A DNA stretch of 63,395 nucleotides, the filler included, from Reticulomyxa filosa (lineage: Eukaryota > Protista > Foraminifera): assembly GCA_000512085.1 (NCBI GenBank). It is 23 parts of 23 records of this genome, joined end to end, with 100 filler letters (N's around TTAATTAATTAA, not from the genome) between each part and the next. Parts side by side here need not be neighbours in the genome. Positions count along the whole stretch, not along the records: positions 22,754 to 27,283 come from ASPP01007148.1; positions 27,384 to 31,720 come from ASPP01010963.1; positions 31,821 to 34,416 come from ASPP01024457.1; positions 34,517 to 35,600 come from ASPP01029488.1; positions 35,701 to 41,621 come from ASPP01010263.1; 18 more parts are not named here. One strand, written 5' to 3'. The notes beneath the pieces were generated by a model. It did not search any database and was not told the origin of the DNA. It saw only the letters and a list, made by a program, of their open reading frames with translations. The translations under genes and the position numbers were made by a program. Numbering within the stretch: the first letter of the stretch is position 1; each line of letters opens with the position of its first letter. Below, piece by piece: positions 23,837-36,072 of this stretch.

Positions 23837-24677
23837 TTACTTCAATGAGCGCACTTGTACTTTTGCTTGTAACGTTTCTTCATTCCACTCTCCTAATACG
23901 ACATTATATACCTTCCATGCTTCTTCATAGCATGTAAGTGCACTTTGGTTTTCCCCTTTTCGTTTGAAGGCCAAGCCCAAATTCCAACAGGAATCCCCGA
24001 CATCTCTGTTGACAATTCCAAGTAATTTTTTTCTTATTTTCAACGCAAATCCATGATATTGAATAGCCTTGTCATAGTATTCCTGATTAAAGTAAGTGTT
24101 TCCAAAATTGTAATAAGTGTTGCCAATATGAGAGTGAATAGTTCCAAGAGTGTGTAGATAAACTCGTAAAGCTTGTTCATAGCATTCAATTGCCTTTTCA
24201 TACTCTCTGTTGCTCTGATGAGCATTACCTAAATTGTTGTACAAATCCCCAACGTAAGGATGTCTAGATCCAAAGTTGTCAATAGCAAGTCGCAAAGCTT
24301 TTTGCAAAAAGACGATGGCACTTCTAAACATGTAAACATTGGACTGATATTCAGCCTTGGCCTCCAAATCTTGAATTTGGACAAAAATATCATGATGCAC
24401 TTCGGCATTCCACTGAACGAGTGAAACCGAGTTCCTCAACAGTGGAGGGACAAAGGCATTATTTGTAACAAATAATTGTGTTGTAATATTGACATGCTTT
24501 CCTTTGCATTGAATTTCACAATTGACAACATATACATTTCCATCAATATTTATTTCATTTAGTGCTATTGTTTTACTTTTTAGTACATAAACAGTGTACC
24601 CTCCAAATTGTTTTATTTTAGTTAGTGACATATGAAATGAAAAAGTTTTGGAGCCATTATTATTATCATTATTATTA

Positions 24678-24714
<37 letters not shown>

Positions 24715-25977
24715 ATTAATATTAGTGTTAACATTGTCATCCATTGCAATGGATGATTTGCTTATGGCTTTTTGCCATGCAGAAATATTATATGAAACAA
24801 CAACCACTCCTTGCTCATTTTCGTGTAGCATTTGCATTACCGTTTTCACTGCCTCCGCATTGGACTTTTTCCAGTCTCTGTTCCAATGCGTTTTGAAGTC
24901 CAAAGTGCCTGCCATGATGTCCAATCGTATTTTATGTGTTGGATTTGGAAGCAGATACGTCTCAACACCTCGATCGAACACATGTGATGACGCGAGGCGT
25001 CGGACGATATCTTGCACACTTTGTTTGGAGCCATTGCTTTGAATATCCTGACAAAGCGTTGAAATGACAAGACTCTCTTTTCCACTGGCTCCACTTTTTT
25101 TGGAAAGAGGAATTGTCACACCCATTGCAAATACATCTGCATTTTGATTACACCACACTCCATTTCCATTTCCATTTCCATTTCCATTTTGATTTTTATT
25201 ATATTCTTCTGACTCTGTTTTATATGACATATGAATCAATATCTTTGGCTTTCCTTCAAAATAACAAGAATCCTCAATCAATTCCATTTCAATCTCTTTC
25301 AAATTGTTCATTGCATGATCACTGCTAATTTGTAATGTATGTCCATTGGAGCCATTGGAATGATGATATTCACACCATACAATGATCAATCCATCATAAT
25401 CCATCCCATTGTCTGTCAATCCCAAAAGATGTCTCCAAATGAAATTCTTCAATTCACTCAATGTCAAACATTCCATGTCTCTGTTTCGTGCATTGAAATT
25501 GTTAAATGCCCGATAGCCAAAGTGCAATTCAAATAGCGCTTGCAATATTCCCAAGTCTTGTCTCATACTTTCCAAGTTATCTCGCAAATCACTTTGTATT
25601 GCTCCCATTATTAATACCAATCCATTTTTTATTTTATATTCGTGCTTTGTTCTTTTTGTTTCTTCGTCTTTTTTTTCTTTTTATTTTGTTTTTTTTTTTT
25701 TGAGGGAAGAGAGCAGGCTTGACACAACTGGACATAAATTACATGAACACAAACCTTGGAAGTGTGCTCGAAAATTAAGTGGAGAGATATTCTGGAGCTG
25801 TTGATCGCTTTCAATGTCGTGGCCATTCCAATCGGTTATATTCACAATCATATTCTCTTGACCGTCGTTCTTGCTCACTGCAATTATTTGCTCTTTCAAA
25901 TGTTTGAGAGTTAAACTTGTCAAATGAAGCGTATATTGTTCTGAACCTATCATCACAAGAACTTCAAATGGAGGCAT
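23837..25977 (-). CDS. PB1/ubiquitin-like + caspase-fold (peptidase C14-like, probably inactive) + uncharacterised domain + TPR protein
   Basis: Exon 1 has ITDWNGHDIESDQQL (PB1 acidic-motif-like). p20-like KNGLVLI...QDLGILQALFELHFGY...LTLSELKNF...YDGLIIVWCEYH...FEGKPKILI; p10-like NADVF...SLVISTLCQ. C-terminal TPRs (HPYVGDLYNNLGNAH...YEKAIECYEQAL). One frameshift at the (AAT)n tract ~24660-24720. Confidence 0.75.
24656..24722. repeat. (AAT/ATT)n microsatellite inside a coding region
   Basis: Direct reading; coincides with the frame change between ORFs 24622-25620 and 23837-24631. Confidence 0.9.
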
Positions 25978-26894
25978 TTTCCTTTCAATTTTTATTTCTC
26001 AAAACTTTATGCTAACTTTATTATCAACTTTTTATCCCTTTTTTTTAAAAAAAGACGCAACGACAGGTTTTTAATATAAAAACACGGGAAAAAATCGAGA
26101 TTAAACCAATTTAGTGATATTTGTGTTGCTTTAACAGATAGGCAAATAATTTGAAAAAATTAAGCTTCATATTTGTTTGTGATGTAGACAACAGTGATTT
26201 TTCAGTAATATTTGCAGTGGTTAGAATTAATATTTTCAATGACCAATTGTTCAGTTTCATTTTTAAAACTTGATTTATCAAGAATTGCTTGAATTTAATA
26301 ATTCAGAAAAGGAATTGTGCTTGTGATCATATCTCATTTCGTTTAAACTTACACAATGACGTGCATTTTTTGTTTTTTATTGCTATACACAAAATAGCCT
26401 CTGATTTAATAATATTTAATATTAATAGTAGTTTAAGATATTTCGAGAACATGTGTAACACTTTTTTTTTATATTTTATTTTAGTTCCTCTCAAAGTTAC
26501 AATAAAACAGTGATTCACCAAAGGATGTTATGTAACTGTTTTTTAATACGAGTTGTTCTTTAAACATTGAGAATTTTTGGTTTCATTGAACTCCACCAAC
26601 TGAAACAAATAATATCAACTTTAAAAAGATATTCACAAGACTTGAATTACACCTCTTCCATTTTTTTCAAGAATTGCGTTGCTAATTTGTCACCACTGCT
26701 CCTCTCTTCCATCTGGATGCGGAGAACAAGCGAACATTTTTTGAAACAATTGGATCCATATTAAAAAAGGGACCACTACAAAAAAAAAAAAACTAGAAAA
26801 TTTAAAAAAGCATTAAATTGAAATTTGAAAAATATTGGATAACTATAAGTGAACAAATACAACACGAATTTTTTTTTTTTTTTAAAAAAAAGAG

Positions 26895-27260
26895 TCAGTC
26901 AAGTTGAGCAGCGTCAGAAACCAATTGCCGTAAGTCAAGAGAGCGACCAAGAACGGACGACAAAGAGTGGTCATCATCGGGAACGACTTTGAGAGCGAAC
27001 AGAACATGATTAGTCTGAACAAGTTGAACGACCTCGCTCAAAGGAATGACGGAGTCATTAGTGCCATGAACAATTACAAGTTTGTGTTTGTATGTGCTTT
27101 TGTCCACCCCCAAATGCATCCATCCTACCCCACTCTCACTCCCACTTTCATTCTCATTCTCATTTTTCTTATCCCTCCCCCTAACAATGTCACTCCTTTC
27201 AAACGGATACATTATCGACATCACCTTCGTATACGCCGGACATAACAACACCGTCGGTCC
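26895..27260 (-). CDS. Alpha/beta-hydrolase, last exon
   Basis: LVIVHGTNDSVIPL (catalytic Asp motif) and VPDDDHSL (catalytic His). Confidence 0.75.
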   Translation of the reverse strand, partial: GPTVLLCPAYTKVMSIMYPFERSDIVRGRDKKNENENESGSESGVGWMHLGVDKSTYKHKLVIVHGTNDSVIPLSEVVQLVQTNHVLFALKVVPDDDHSLSSVLGRSLDLRQLVSDAAQLD

Positions 27261-27383
27261 TATTTTTAATGTATACGTATATANNNNNNNNNNNNNNNNN
27301 NNNNNNNNNNNNNNNNNNNNNNNNNNNTTAATTAATTAANNNNNNNNNNNNNNNNNNNNNNNNNNNNNNNNNNNNNNNNNNNN

Positions 27384-27587
27384 TACATTTTAGAAATCTC
27401 CAAGTCACATAGATACTTTTTAAAAAAGTTATTAAAAAACCAATATCATATTTGAAAACTACAAGATTTGTAGATATTTTTTTTAAAATAAAAAAAAATT
27501 AGGTATAAATGTTGATTTTTCATGGAGAAAATCAATTATCATCATAAGATATCGTTTTATGCGTTCAGTTTTCTTTGCAACCTACTG
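27384..27587 (-). mobile_element. Tc1/mariner-type terminus (copy 3, end type B)
   Basis: Reverse complement reads TA|CAGTAGGTTGCAAAGAAAACTGAACGCATAAAACG...ATTGATTTTCTCCATGAAAAATCAACATTT; at a contig start. Confidence 0.78.
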
Positions 27588-30389
27588 TACATGTCATCAC
27601 TGCACAAAGACATATCGATTGAAGATATCATCGCATACACAAAGAATAAAATCTGATTGTGGAGTGATATGTTTACCGACCAATACATTATGGATTTAGT
27701 CACTATACAATACTATTCAAATACTCTATATAATTGGGTCAAGGTGATATTGCTAATCATTAATGATAATGTTCGCGAAGATTCCACTACGATCGCGTAT
27801 TGCACAATGTTAATTTCAATCGACAAACCAGATTGAAGTTCAATGCTAATTGCCATTGAATTTCTATGCTGTTTCTATTTTATTGATAAAACAATTAGAT
27901 CAATTAAATTTATTTTGGCTCAACAAATTTAGCATCAACGTAAATGGTTATTGAACTGTTTATCCACTTGTTAAAGAGATTCTACAATATATTAAACTAT
28001 TGGACGATGAAGTCGATGTCAAAGTTAATTTCAAACATGCATTTAACTACTGTAAAAGATCAAAGTTCTATAATTAGTAAGAAAACAAATTCAAGTAATA
28101 TGTTGATACACAAATAGTTGTTACTCCAATAATGTGATAATATTTTTGCAAAATTAACTATACAATATTGATCGAGCATCCACCAGGTGGGTCATTTGGC
28201 TGGTGCCCTTTTCGCAATAGTCTTAGCTGACACCTTAAAAAGTTCACTTGCTACCTTAAATAATACATATTGTGCACTATATCACGATGATCTAACATTT
28301 GCGTCAATAAGATCAGTATCAATAACCATAGCAATATCGTCATTATAATCTCTTAAAGAATCACACAGTATCGAAATAACTTATGACAAGACTGTATGAT
28401 CACAAATCTATCAGATACACAGACTAAACAGTTTGTTGGAATCACACATAACTCAACATTTGACAAATCATTCGTATGTATCACGATATGTAAAAACAAA
28501 TATGTTATTGCCGATATAGATATAAAGCAGAAGAATTTTTTATATCAAATTGATAAAATAATATGTTTGATATACTCACGAATAATGCTGCTATTAAGAA
28601 ACTACATATAATTGTACAAAGTAAATTATTTTGTACGATCAATTTTTCCAGTTATAATTATGATTGTGTTAAAAGATTTGATGATAAAATGAAACAAACA
28701 ATGTAACATTTTACTGCGCATATTGTTTCTGCTCAACAATAGCTACAATGTCGACAAGATTGCATCAGGCTAAAAGCAATAATGCTATTTGTCAGCTCCG
28801 CTTTCATCGCTTCTGCAATTATCGCATACAAACTTTTATAATCAATATACAAATAATTCAAAAACGTCAATTTGCTACTAACAGTAAAAAAGTACAATGA
28901 TATTCATGATTAAAACACGTTTACATCTAACAGATACAATAGCATCGACCTAAACTTTATATCAAACAATTCTTTTTTTTACGACAAAGTGAACAAAAAA
29001 ACGAAGCGATTTGGTAAAAAAATAATTATCGTGATACAAATCAGTCATGAAGTAAGCATATAATTATTTTATTGCTTTTGGTTATGTTATTGTTTTTTTC
29101 ATGAAATGTAGAATATTATCTTGTAATATTTTGATTAGCTTTTGCAAAGTAGATCATAATAGTGTTATTTTTTAAAATAATAAATTATTCAAATGCTGCA
29201 TGATACGTTTTTTGTTATAGAGTTGCATAAGAAACTTTTTAGTGAGAACATTAACTCATCAATTGAAATTAAAACTTAAAGTATTAAATGTACGATTTCG
29301 GTGTTGTTTTTGTTTTGCTTTGTCTTCACAAATGTTTCTACAAATTACTTTCACCCTGCAAAAATTATCATTTGTTTTATGTGTGCCAGGTATTCAAGAT
29401 TTTAGTCTTGACCATCTTTTTAACTTATGATCAAGAATCTTTTGTATATACTACAGCTATTTAATCAGATCTCATTGGATTTTTTATTAAATGTTGCACC
29501 TAAACGATAAAGTATGTCTAGAAATGGAAAAAGATTAATAATGACATGATTTGTACTTTCAATATGAAAATAAAATTATTAATGTTTTCAATTAAAGTTG
29601 TTTTTGTTACTTTCAAATAATGAAAATTTACGCTTGAACTGTTGTCTGCGTTTATTAAATAAAAATTTCTTTTGTTCTTTGAATATTAAGTTTAATTATC
29701 ATCCAAGTTCACTTGGCATGTTGAATATACGTCTACGTAGTCAAAAAGAAAGAACGGAAACTATCCTTAAATTTTACTAAGCATACTAAACACAAAATAA
29801 TCTATAGTAAAAGAAATGAAGGCATTTGTAATATTGCCATAAAAATAGCTGGGAAACAATTCAAAACAAGAAATAAACATATATTAGTTACGATTGAAAA
29901 AATATCAGCAAATATCAACGATAAAGGTAAAATAATATAGCCGTGCCATACATCACGAATATGTATACTTATGAAAAAAGCCTACAACAATTTCCACAAC
30001 GATCATTAATGTAAATTGACATGGACCACATTCTGCTTATCACCTCACACACGTGCAAGTGCTCTTACTAAAATTTACATAGCAAGTATAAACATACTAA
30101 CGTTGTACTATAACACTTTATGTGTGCATATTAAATATGACTATGTTATTAGATAGTGCCAAATCTGCTTGATTATAAAAGATTTTTCAAAGTTGTTTTC
30201 TAATTGAACGTAATATGATAGCAAAACTTCAAAAATATTGGTATGCGCTTTTCTGAAAGTCAATCTCATTTGTCGCTGTTTTCAAAACGAGGTATTTATT
30301 GTACAAACCATAAAAGAAAGATGAACTACCAAAAAAAAATGAACAAATAAAAACAACACAAAAAAAAAGAAAAAAAAGGAGTGAAAGAC

Positions 30390-31660
30390 TCAAAAATCTT
30401 TAATCCACCACAACCAACTGTTGGTGATATTATCGCTCTGCTTTTGGCTATCTTCAGTAATGACTGCAAGTCCCTGTACTCTCTTTTCTTCTTGTACTTT
30501 CTTCTCTTCTGGTGCATTCCTCTCTTCGTGTATTTCGGTACGAAGCACATTATACTCAGTGTACGATCGTGTTCTGCTTTGCGCATTATTCTTTTGAAAC
30601 TTTTTTTTCAGTTCAGCAATTTCTTTTTTCAGTCGAGTTTCTTGGTGAAACATCATTGTAAGCTCTTCTGTTTTCGAAATGGCTTCTTTTTTCAGTTCTT
30701 TTGTTATTTGACAATTTTGTTGTTGGAGGGGGGGGGGGGGGAGAGAAAAAAAAAAGGTTTAACATCGGTATATATACAAACATGCATATGCAGAAAAAAG
30801 AGAAAGGATACCTTGATTTTCTTTTGTGTACTGTTGCTCTTTTTCTTCATGTTCGCGAAGTAGTCTTTCCAATTGTCGAATTTTGTTGGCTAAGTCTTCT
30901 AAGCGAGTCAAGTTTTGTTCTTTTTCTTTCAACAATGCATCCAGCCGTTGATGTTTCTCATTGTCATTGGCAGTGATTGTATCGTGCTGCACTTTCAAAA
31001 TTTCGTATTTCTTTTCCAGCTCGCTTTTTTCAGTTTGACTTGATTGCAGCTCTTGTTTTATTCGGTCGAGTTCTTCTTGTAGTGCTGTTTTTTTTGTTTT
31101 TTTTTTGACAAGCAAGTCAAAAAAGTACCTTGACATTTGTTCCATCAAAAAAAAAAAGTTTAAACAAGACCCCCTTTGCTCCTCTAAACCTGTTAGCTTT
31201 GAACTTTCTTGAGTATCCATAGTTTTTGCCGTCTGACTGGAAGTTTGCTTGAGTTGTTCCAGTTCATGCATAATCTCATTTCTCTCCACAGTTATTTGTT
31301 CCAAAGACTCTCTCAATTCTGTGTGTTTTTTTTTTTTGTATGGGGCTATTTTTTTTTTTTTTATTAGACGCAAAGCAAACAGGACAAAAAAAAAAAAAAA
31401 AACGATACATTACTATTTGTAAAAGCAAACTCAACGATTGCATTCACTTTCTTGCTCGGTTGCAGCGCTTTCAAAAGCTTCGATTTGATCTGTTTTTTCT
31501 TTATTTTCACTAAGGAGTTGTTGGACTTGCTTCCTCCAGTTGTTGATTTTTTTTTCAATGATTGTCGCTGTGTCTGAGTTCGTTTCTTTCAATTTTTCCA
31601 ATTCCATTCGTAATGATTGATTTTCGTTGGTTCGTTGTCTCAGTAATTGTTCCAATTCTT
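30390..31660 (-). CDS. Multi-exon coiled-coil protein, 3' part
   Basis: Glu/Lys/Gln/Leu-rich heptad exons separated by short introns with poly-T/poly-A; ends SWLWWIKDF-stop. Confidence 0.65.
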
Positions 31661-31680
31661 TTTTTTATTGTAAATGTTGC

Positions 31681-31720
<40 letters not shown>

Positions 31721-31820
31721 NNNNNNNNNNNNNNNNNNNNNNNNNNNNNNNNNNNNNNNNNNNNTTAATTAATTAANNNNNNNNNNNNNNNNNNNNNNNN
31801 NNNNNNNNNNNNNNNNNNNN

Positions 31821-32162
31821 AGTGTTCGTTTGTGGGATATTCGATCTGGTAAAAAAATTCAAGTGTTCAATGGACATACAAGTTATGTATGGTCTGTTGA
31901 ATATTCACCATTTGTAATAAAGAATAGTATTTGTAATCCAAATGTGATATGTTCTGGATCATTGGATAATACAATTCGTTTTTGGGATATTCGATCAAAA
32001 ACGAATGAACTGTATGTGATGCAATTAGATGAAGAGATATATTGTCTTAAATTTATAGAATTGAAAAAGAAAATAAACGACAATGAAAACAAATCAAATA
32101 GTGATAGTTGCATTAATTTATGTTATGGTTCAAGTAAAGGTTTGATTCGTTTTTGGGGATGA
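31821..32162 (+). CDS. WD40-repeat protein, C-terminus (5' partial)
   Basis: WDIRSGK...FNGHTSYVWSVEYSPF...VICSGSLDNTIRFWDIR...LCYGSSKGLIRFWG. Confidence 0.92.
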   Translation, partial: SVRLWDIRSGKKIQVFNGHTSYVWSVEYSPFVIKNSICNPNVICSGSLDNTIRFWDIRSKTNELYVMQLDEEIYCLKFIELKKKINDNENKSNSDSCINLCYGSSKGLIRFWG

Positions 32163-32759
32163 ACATGTGTACACGATGTTTTTTTGGAGTCAATACTATT
32201 TTTGTGAATTGAACAGATATGTATGAAGTTTGTTTTATTTTTTTTTTCAATTTAATTATGTTAAAATTTGGGATGTTTTAAATGGTGTGTATCATTTCAC
32301 CAAATACTTTTGGTAAGATAAATGAGAAATTCTGTTGTTGAAATTGCATAATTTATTTTTTTTAGAAAATTGAATGCATTGTCATGGAAAAAACAAATAT
32401 AAATATACAATATTCAAGCATTTCATGTAACTTAATAATACTCTGAAGTTAGATTGAAGGTATAGTGTTTTGGACTTTTTGGAGCACGTCACCAAAATCT
32501 ATGAATTATCTGAACAATAAAGTTATACATTCGTTTATATAAACAATTAAAAACAGCAAATGAAGAAAATTATTTCTCTATTTATGAATTATTTTGATTT
32601 GGTCGGTGGTAAATGAATGGATATCTGGACGATGAAAAATATATTGAAGATTGGGCAAATACAATTCCATCACTCCATTCAATGGCCACTCGACTCATCT
32701 AATATAGTACGCATAATTTTTCTTGATCAAAATGGATCTAGGTAATAAGCAATGATTTG

Positions 32760-33015
32760 ACCATTTGTAATAAAAAAAAGTATTGGTAATTCAAATGTGA
32801 TATGTTCTGGATCAAGTGATAATACAATTTGTTTTTGGAACATTCGATCAAACAGAAAAAAATTGTTTGTGATCAAAGGAGATGCGGAAGAGGATGGTGG
32901 AATATATTGTCTTAAATTTATTGTATTGAAAAAGAAAAAGAAGACAAATAATGTCACATATGACTTGAATTTGTGTTATGGTTCATACAAAGGTCCCATT
33001 CGTATTTGGGGATAA
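32760..33015 (+). pseudogene. 5'-truncated WD40 family fragment
   Basis: Homology to the flanking copies starts abruptly at PFVIK (~32760), with stops and unrelated sequence upstream; ends GPIRIWG-stop. Confidence 0.8.
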
Positions 33016-34146
33016 TCTACTTTTTTGTTAAAAAAGTTTGATTAAAAGAAAAGTAAAATTATATTAAACTTGTTTGATTTGATTGAGCACACTGAAAGAT
33101 TTGTTTTATTTTACTCTGTTGTTTAAAAAAGTTGAAAAAACTGCGTTGAATGTTTTTTAAAGAATTGAAAAGCATAATAAATGAAAACTGCACTTTGAAA
33201 AGAATTAGATTGTATTTTTGTAATCAAAATTTTATTGAAATCAATAGTAAATCATTGCAGATGGAACATCGACAATGTAAGAATATTATTAAAAAAGGAC
33301 GAATTTATGACTTTGATGAAATGATTTCTAAAAATGTTAAGTTATTTAACAATATAATATTCAACTTAGTTTAAAGCATTTAAAGAAATGAAAATTCTAT
33401 ATAAATATCCAATTACATAATGACAGGGTTGATAGGTTTTCATTTGTGTTTTCCTTTTTTTTACATAAACATGGATGAGCTTAGCAAATCAGTTGGCTAA
33501 TGAAGACAGTAAGTTGTTTTGAGAATATATTGAAAATTATCGAACTATGAAGAAATATTTGTAAATGTCTCCACTTTTCTATGTTCAACCCTTTTTATCA
33601 CTTGTTTTGGTTCCCTTCTCGAATTTATTAAAGTTAGGATGAATTTAATCGAGATTTATTTTTTGCACGTGGTCAATATGATCAAATCTTTCTTAACTCT
33701 TTAAAAAAGAAAATAAAATCAAAATGATCCCCTTTACTGCAAAAAAATATTCTATTAAACAAATCTTTTTAAGTATCTTCTGTGGCATTCAGATTGTTAA
33801 ATTACATACTTTTTTCTTGAATGGATTGAGAAAAGGTTTAAAACTGCGTAAGATGCTACTAAAGACACTTGGTATTATAATCATATTTTCAAATTGGATA
33901 AAGTAATTACCCCCAAAAAAACTTCATACAAGAATATATTATTTCAATGTTCCAAAAACTTTTATATAATTAAAAACATTCTGCGCTTTTCAAAATAGTC
34001 TTAATCATGCCATTGTGTATACAATTTTTATTATTATGCTTTTGAATTCTTTAAAAAACATTAAATGCAACTTTTTCAATTTTTTTAGATAACAGAGTAA
34101 GACAAAAATATCTTTTAATGCTTACATTCAATCAAATCAAACAAGT

Positions 34147-34416
34147 TTATCCCCAAATACGAATGGAACCTTCCAATGAACCATAGCACAAATTCAAATC
34201 ATATTTAACATTCTTTGTCTCCTTTTTCTTTTTAAATACAATAAATTTAAGACAATATATTCCGATATTTTTCTCATCTCCTTTGATCATATACAATTCA
34301 TTCTTATTTGATCGAATATCCCAAAAACGAATTGTATTATCATCTGATCCAGAACATATCACATTTGAATTACAATTAATATTCTTTGTTACAAATGGTG
34401 AATATTCAACAGACCA
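34147..34416 (-). CDS. WD40-repeat protein, C-terminus (5' partial)
   Basis: WSVEYSPFV...VICSGSDDNTIRFWDIRSNK...GSIRIWG. Confidence 0.88.
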   Translation of the reverse strand, partial: WSVEYSPFVTKNINCNSNVICSGSDDNTIRFWDIRSNKNELYMIKGDEKNIGIYCLKFIVFKKKKETKNVKYDLNLCYGSLEGSIRIWG

Positions 34417-36072
34417 NNNNNNNNNNNNNNNNNNNNNNNNNNNNNNNNNNNNNNNNNNNNTTAATTAATTAANNNNNNNNNNNNNNNNNNNNNNNNNNNN
34501 NNNNNNNNNNNNNNNNATAAATGAAGTCACTCTGTCAAAGCTGCTGGTGATGCTTACAATTGCACTCGATTGACCACTATTACAAAAGCCTTGTTGTGAT
34601 AATGGCACTTAGAAAGTTTGTAGTTATTTTTTTTTACGTGCTTCTGTATGTATTGTCTTTTTTAAACAAAAAAAGTGTAATGTATTTATATATTGAAAGA
34701 TTGAAAGAATGGATAATCCTAAAAAGCAAGCAAAAGGTGGTGATAAAAGGGATAAGTTCACATACACGTAATTTATTTGCTAGAAGTGGAGAATTGTTCA
34801 ACAAAATAAATTGGTTCAAATAAGCACAAACACAACTATTAGTGTTTAATTCCATTTAATCAAAATGTTTTTTTTTATAGTATAAAAAAAAAGTTGAGTT
34901 TTTTTTGACTGATCGGAAAAAAACAACAAAACAGAACAAAATGGTAAGCCCAATTGAAAAAATTGTGGTTTAGAGAATGAATATAATGCAATTGCTTACA
35001 TTGATGCATTCATGTTGTGTGAATGTAGATAGAGTCGCTTTAATACTATCTGGTACTTTAGTCTGGAAATTGAAATTATCTTTGTTGGTCTAATTGTATG
35101 TAATATGTATTGTTTCACATATTGCCATTTTAATAGTTTTGCATGATACTTTATGCAAAAAAAAGAACTTGACATTTTGCTAAGCTGTGCCAACACCATT
35201 GCACTAAGATCATTGATCGAAGTTTTGTTTTTGTTTTTAATTTTTGTATATTACTTTGATTTTTTTGTTCTTTTTTTTTAGAGATCAATCTCCAGTTTAG
35301 AAGATTTATGGACCGAACTAACCTAAGCGAAGTTTGTATCAAGACCCATTTACAATACAAATTTTTCAAACTACAGATAAACACTGGCAATGCTGCCTTT
35401 TTTACTTTTGGCGAATCTATTTATTTTACCACAAATGAAGCGAACCAGAGCATTGCATTCTTTCATTTGAGATAACACATCAATATTGTCTTTCGGAGTA
35501 TGGTCTATATATAAGCAATGAGTATTTTCTAAAGACGCAGAACGAACGGATAGATAATTGTGGTCCTAGTGTGACAAGCCATCATGATGCCACACATGAC
35601 NNNNNNNNNNNNNNNNNNNNNNNNNNNNNNNNNNNNNNNNNNNNTTAATTAATTAANNNNNNNNNNNNNNNNNNNNNNNNNNNNNNNNNNNNNNNNNNNN
35701 TTTTTTTTTTTTTTCTAAGAGTTCGTACTGTTCATTCGTTTCTGATTTTACATCTATCGTATTTCAATTTTTTTTTCCTTCTCCCCTTTTCTGAAATTGA
35801 AAATGCTGTCATTCGTACGAACTGAATCAAGATACTTTTTATTTAATTTTTTTGAATAATTTTGGTATTGTTTGGATGTTCTTTAAATTTGTTTGTTTTT
35901 TTTTAAAAAATGTATTTTGTCAGAAGTGTTAGTTCAAATGTCAAATATAAAATTTCTTTTTTTTCTTCAAAGGCCTCTAGTGCCAAAGCGAAGCATAAAC
36001 GAGAAAAAACACATTACAAGCAAATCTTCTTTAAAAAAAAAAAATACAACTTTTACATCAACTCTTTTCTCG

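Noticed and set aside
27600-30300. Long region with faintly coding-like texture
   Set aside because: No sustained open frame or recognisable motif; possibly a very old pseudogene, but not supportable.
34517-35600. Short ORFs on this small contig
   Set aside because: Stop-riddled with no identifiable family.
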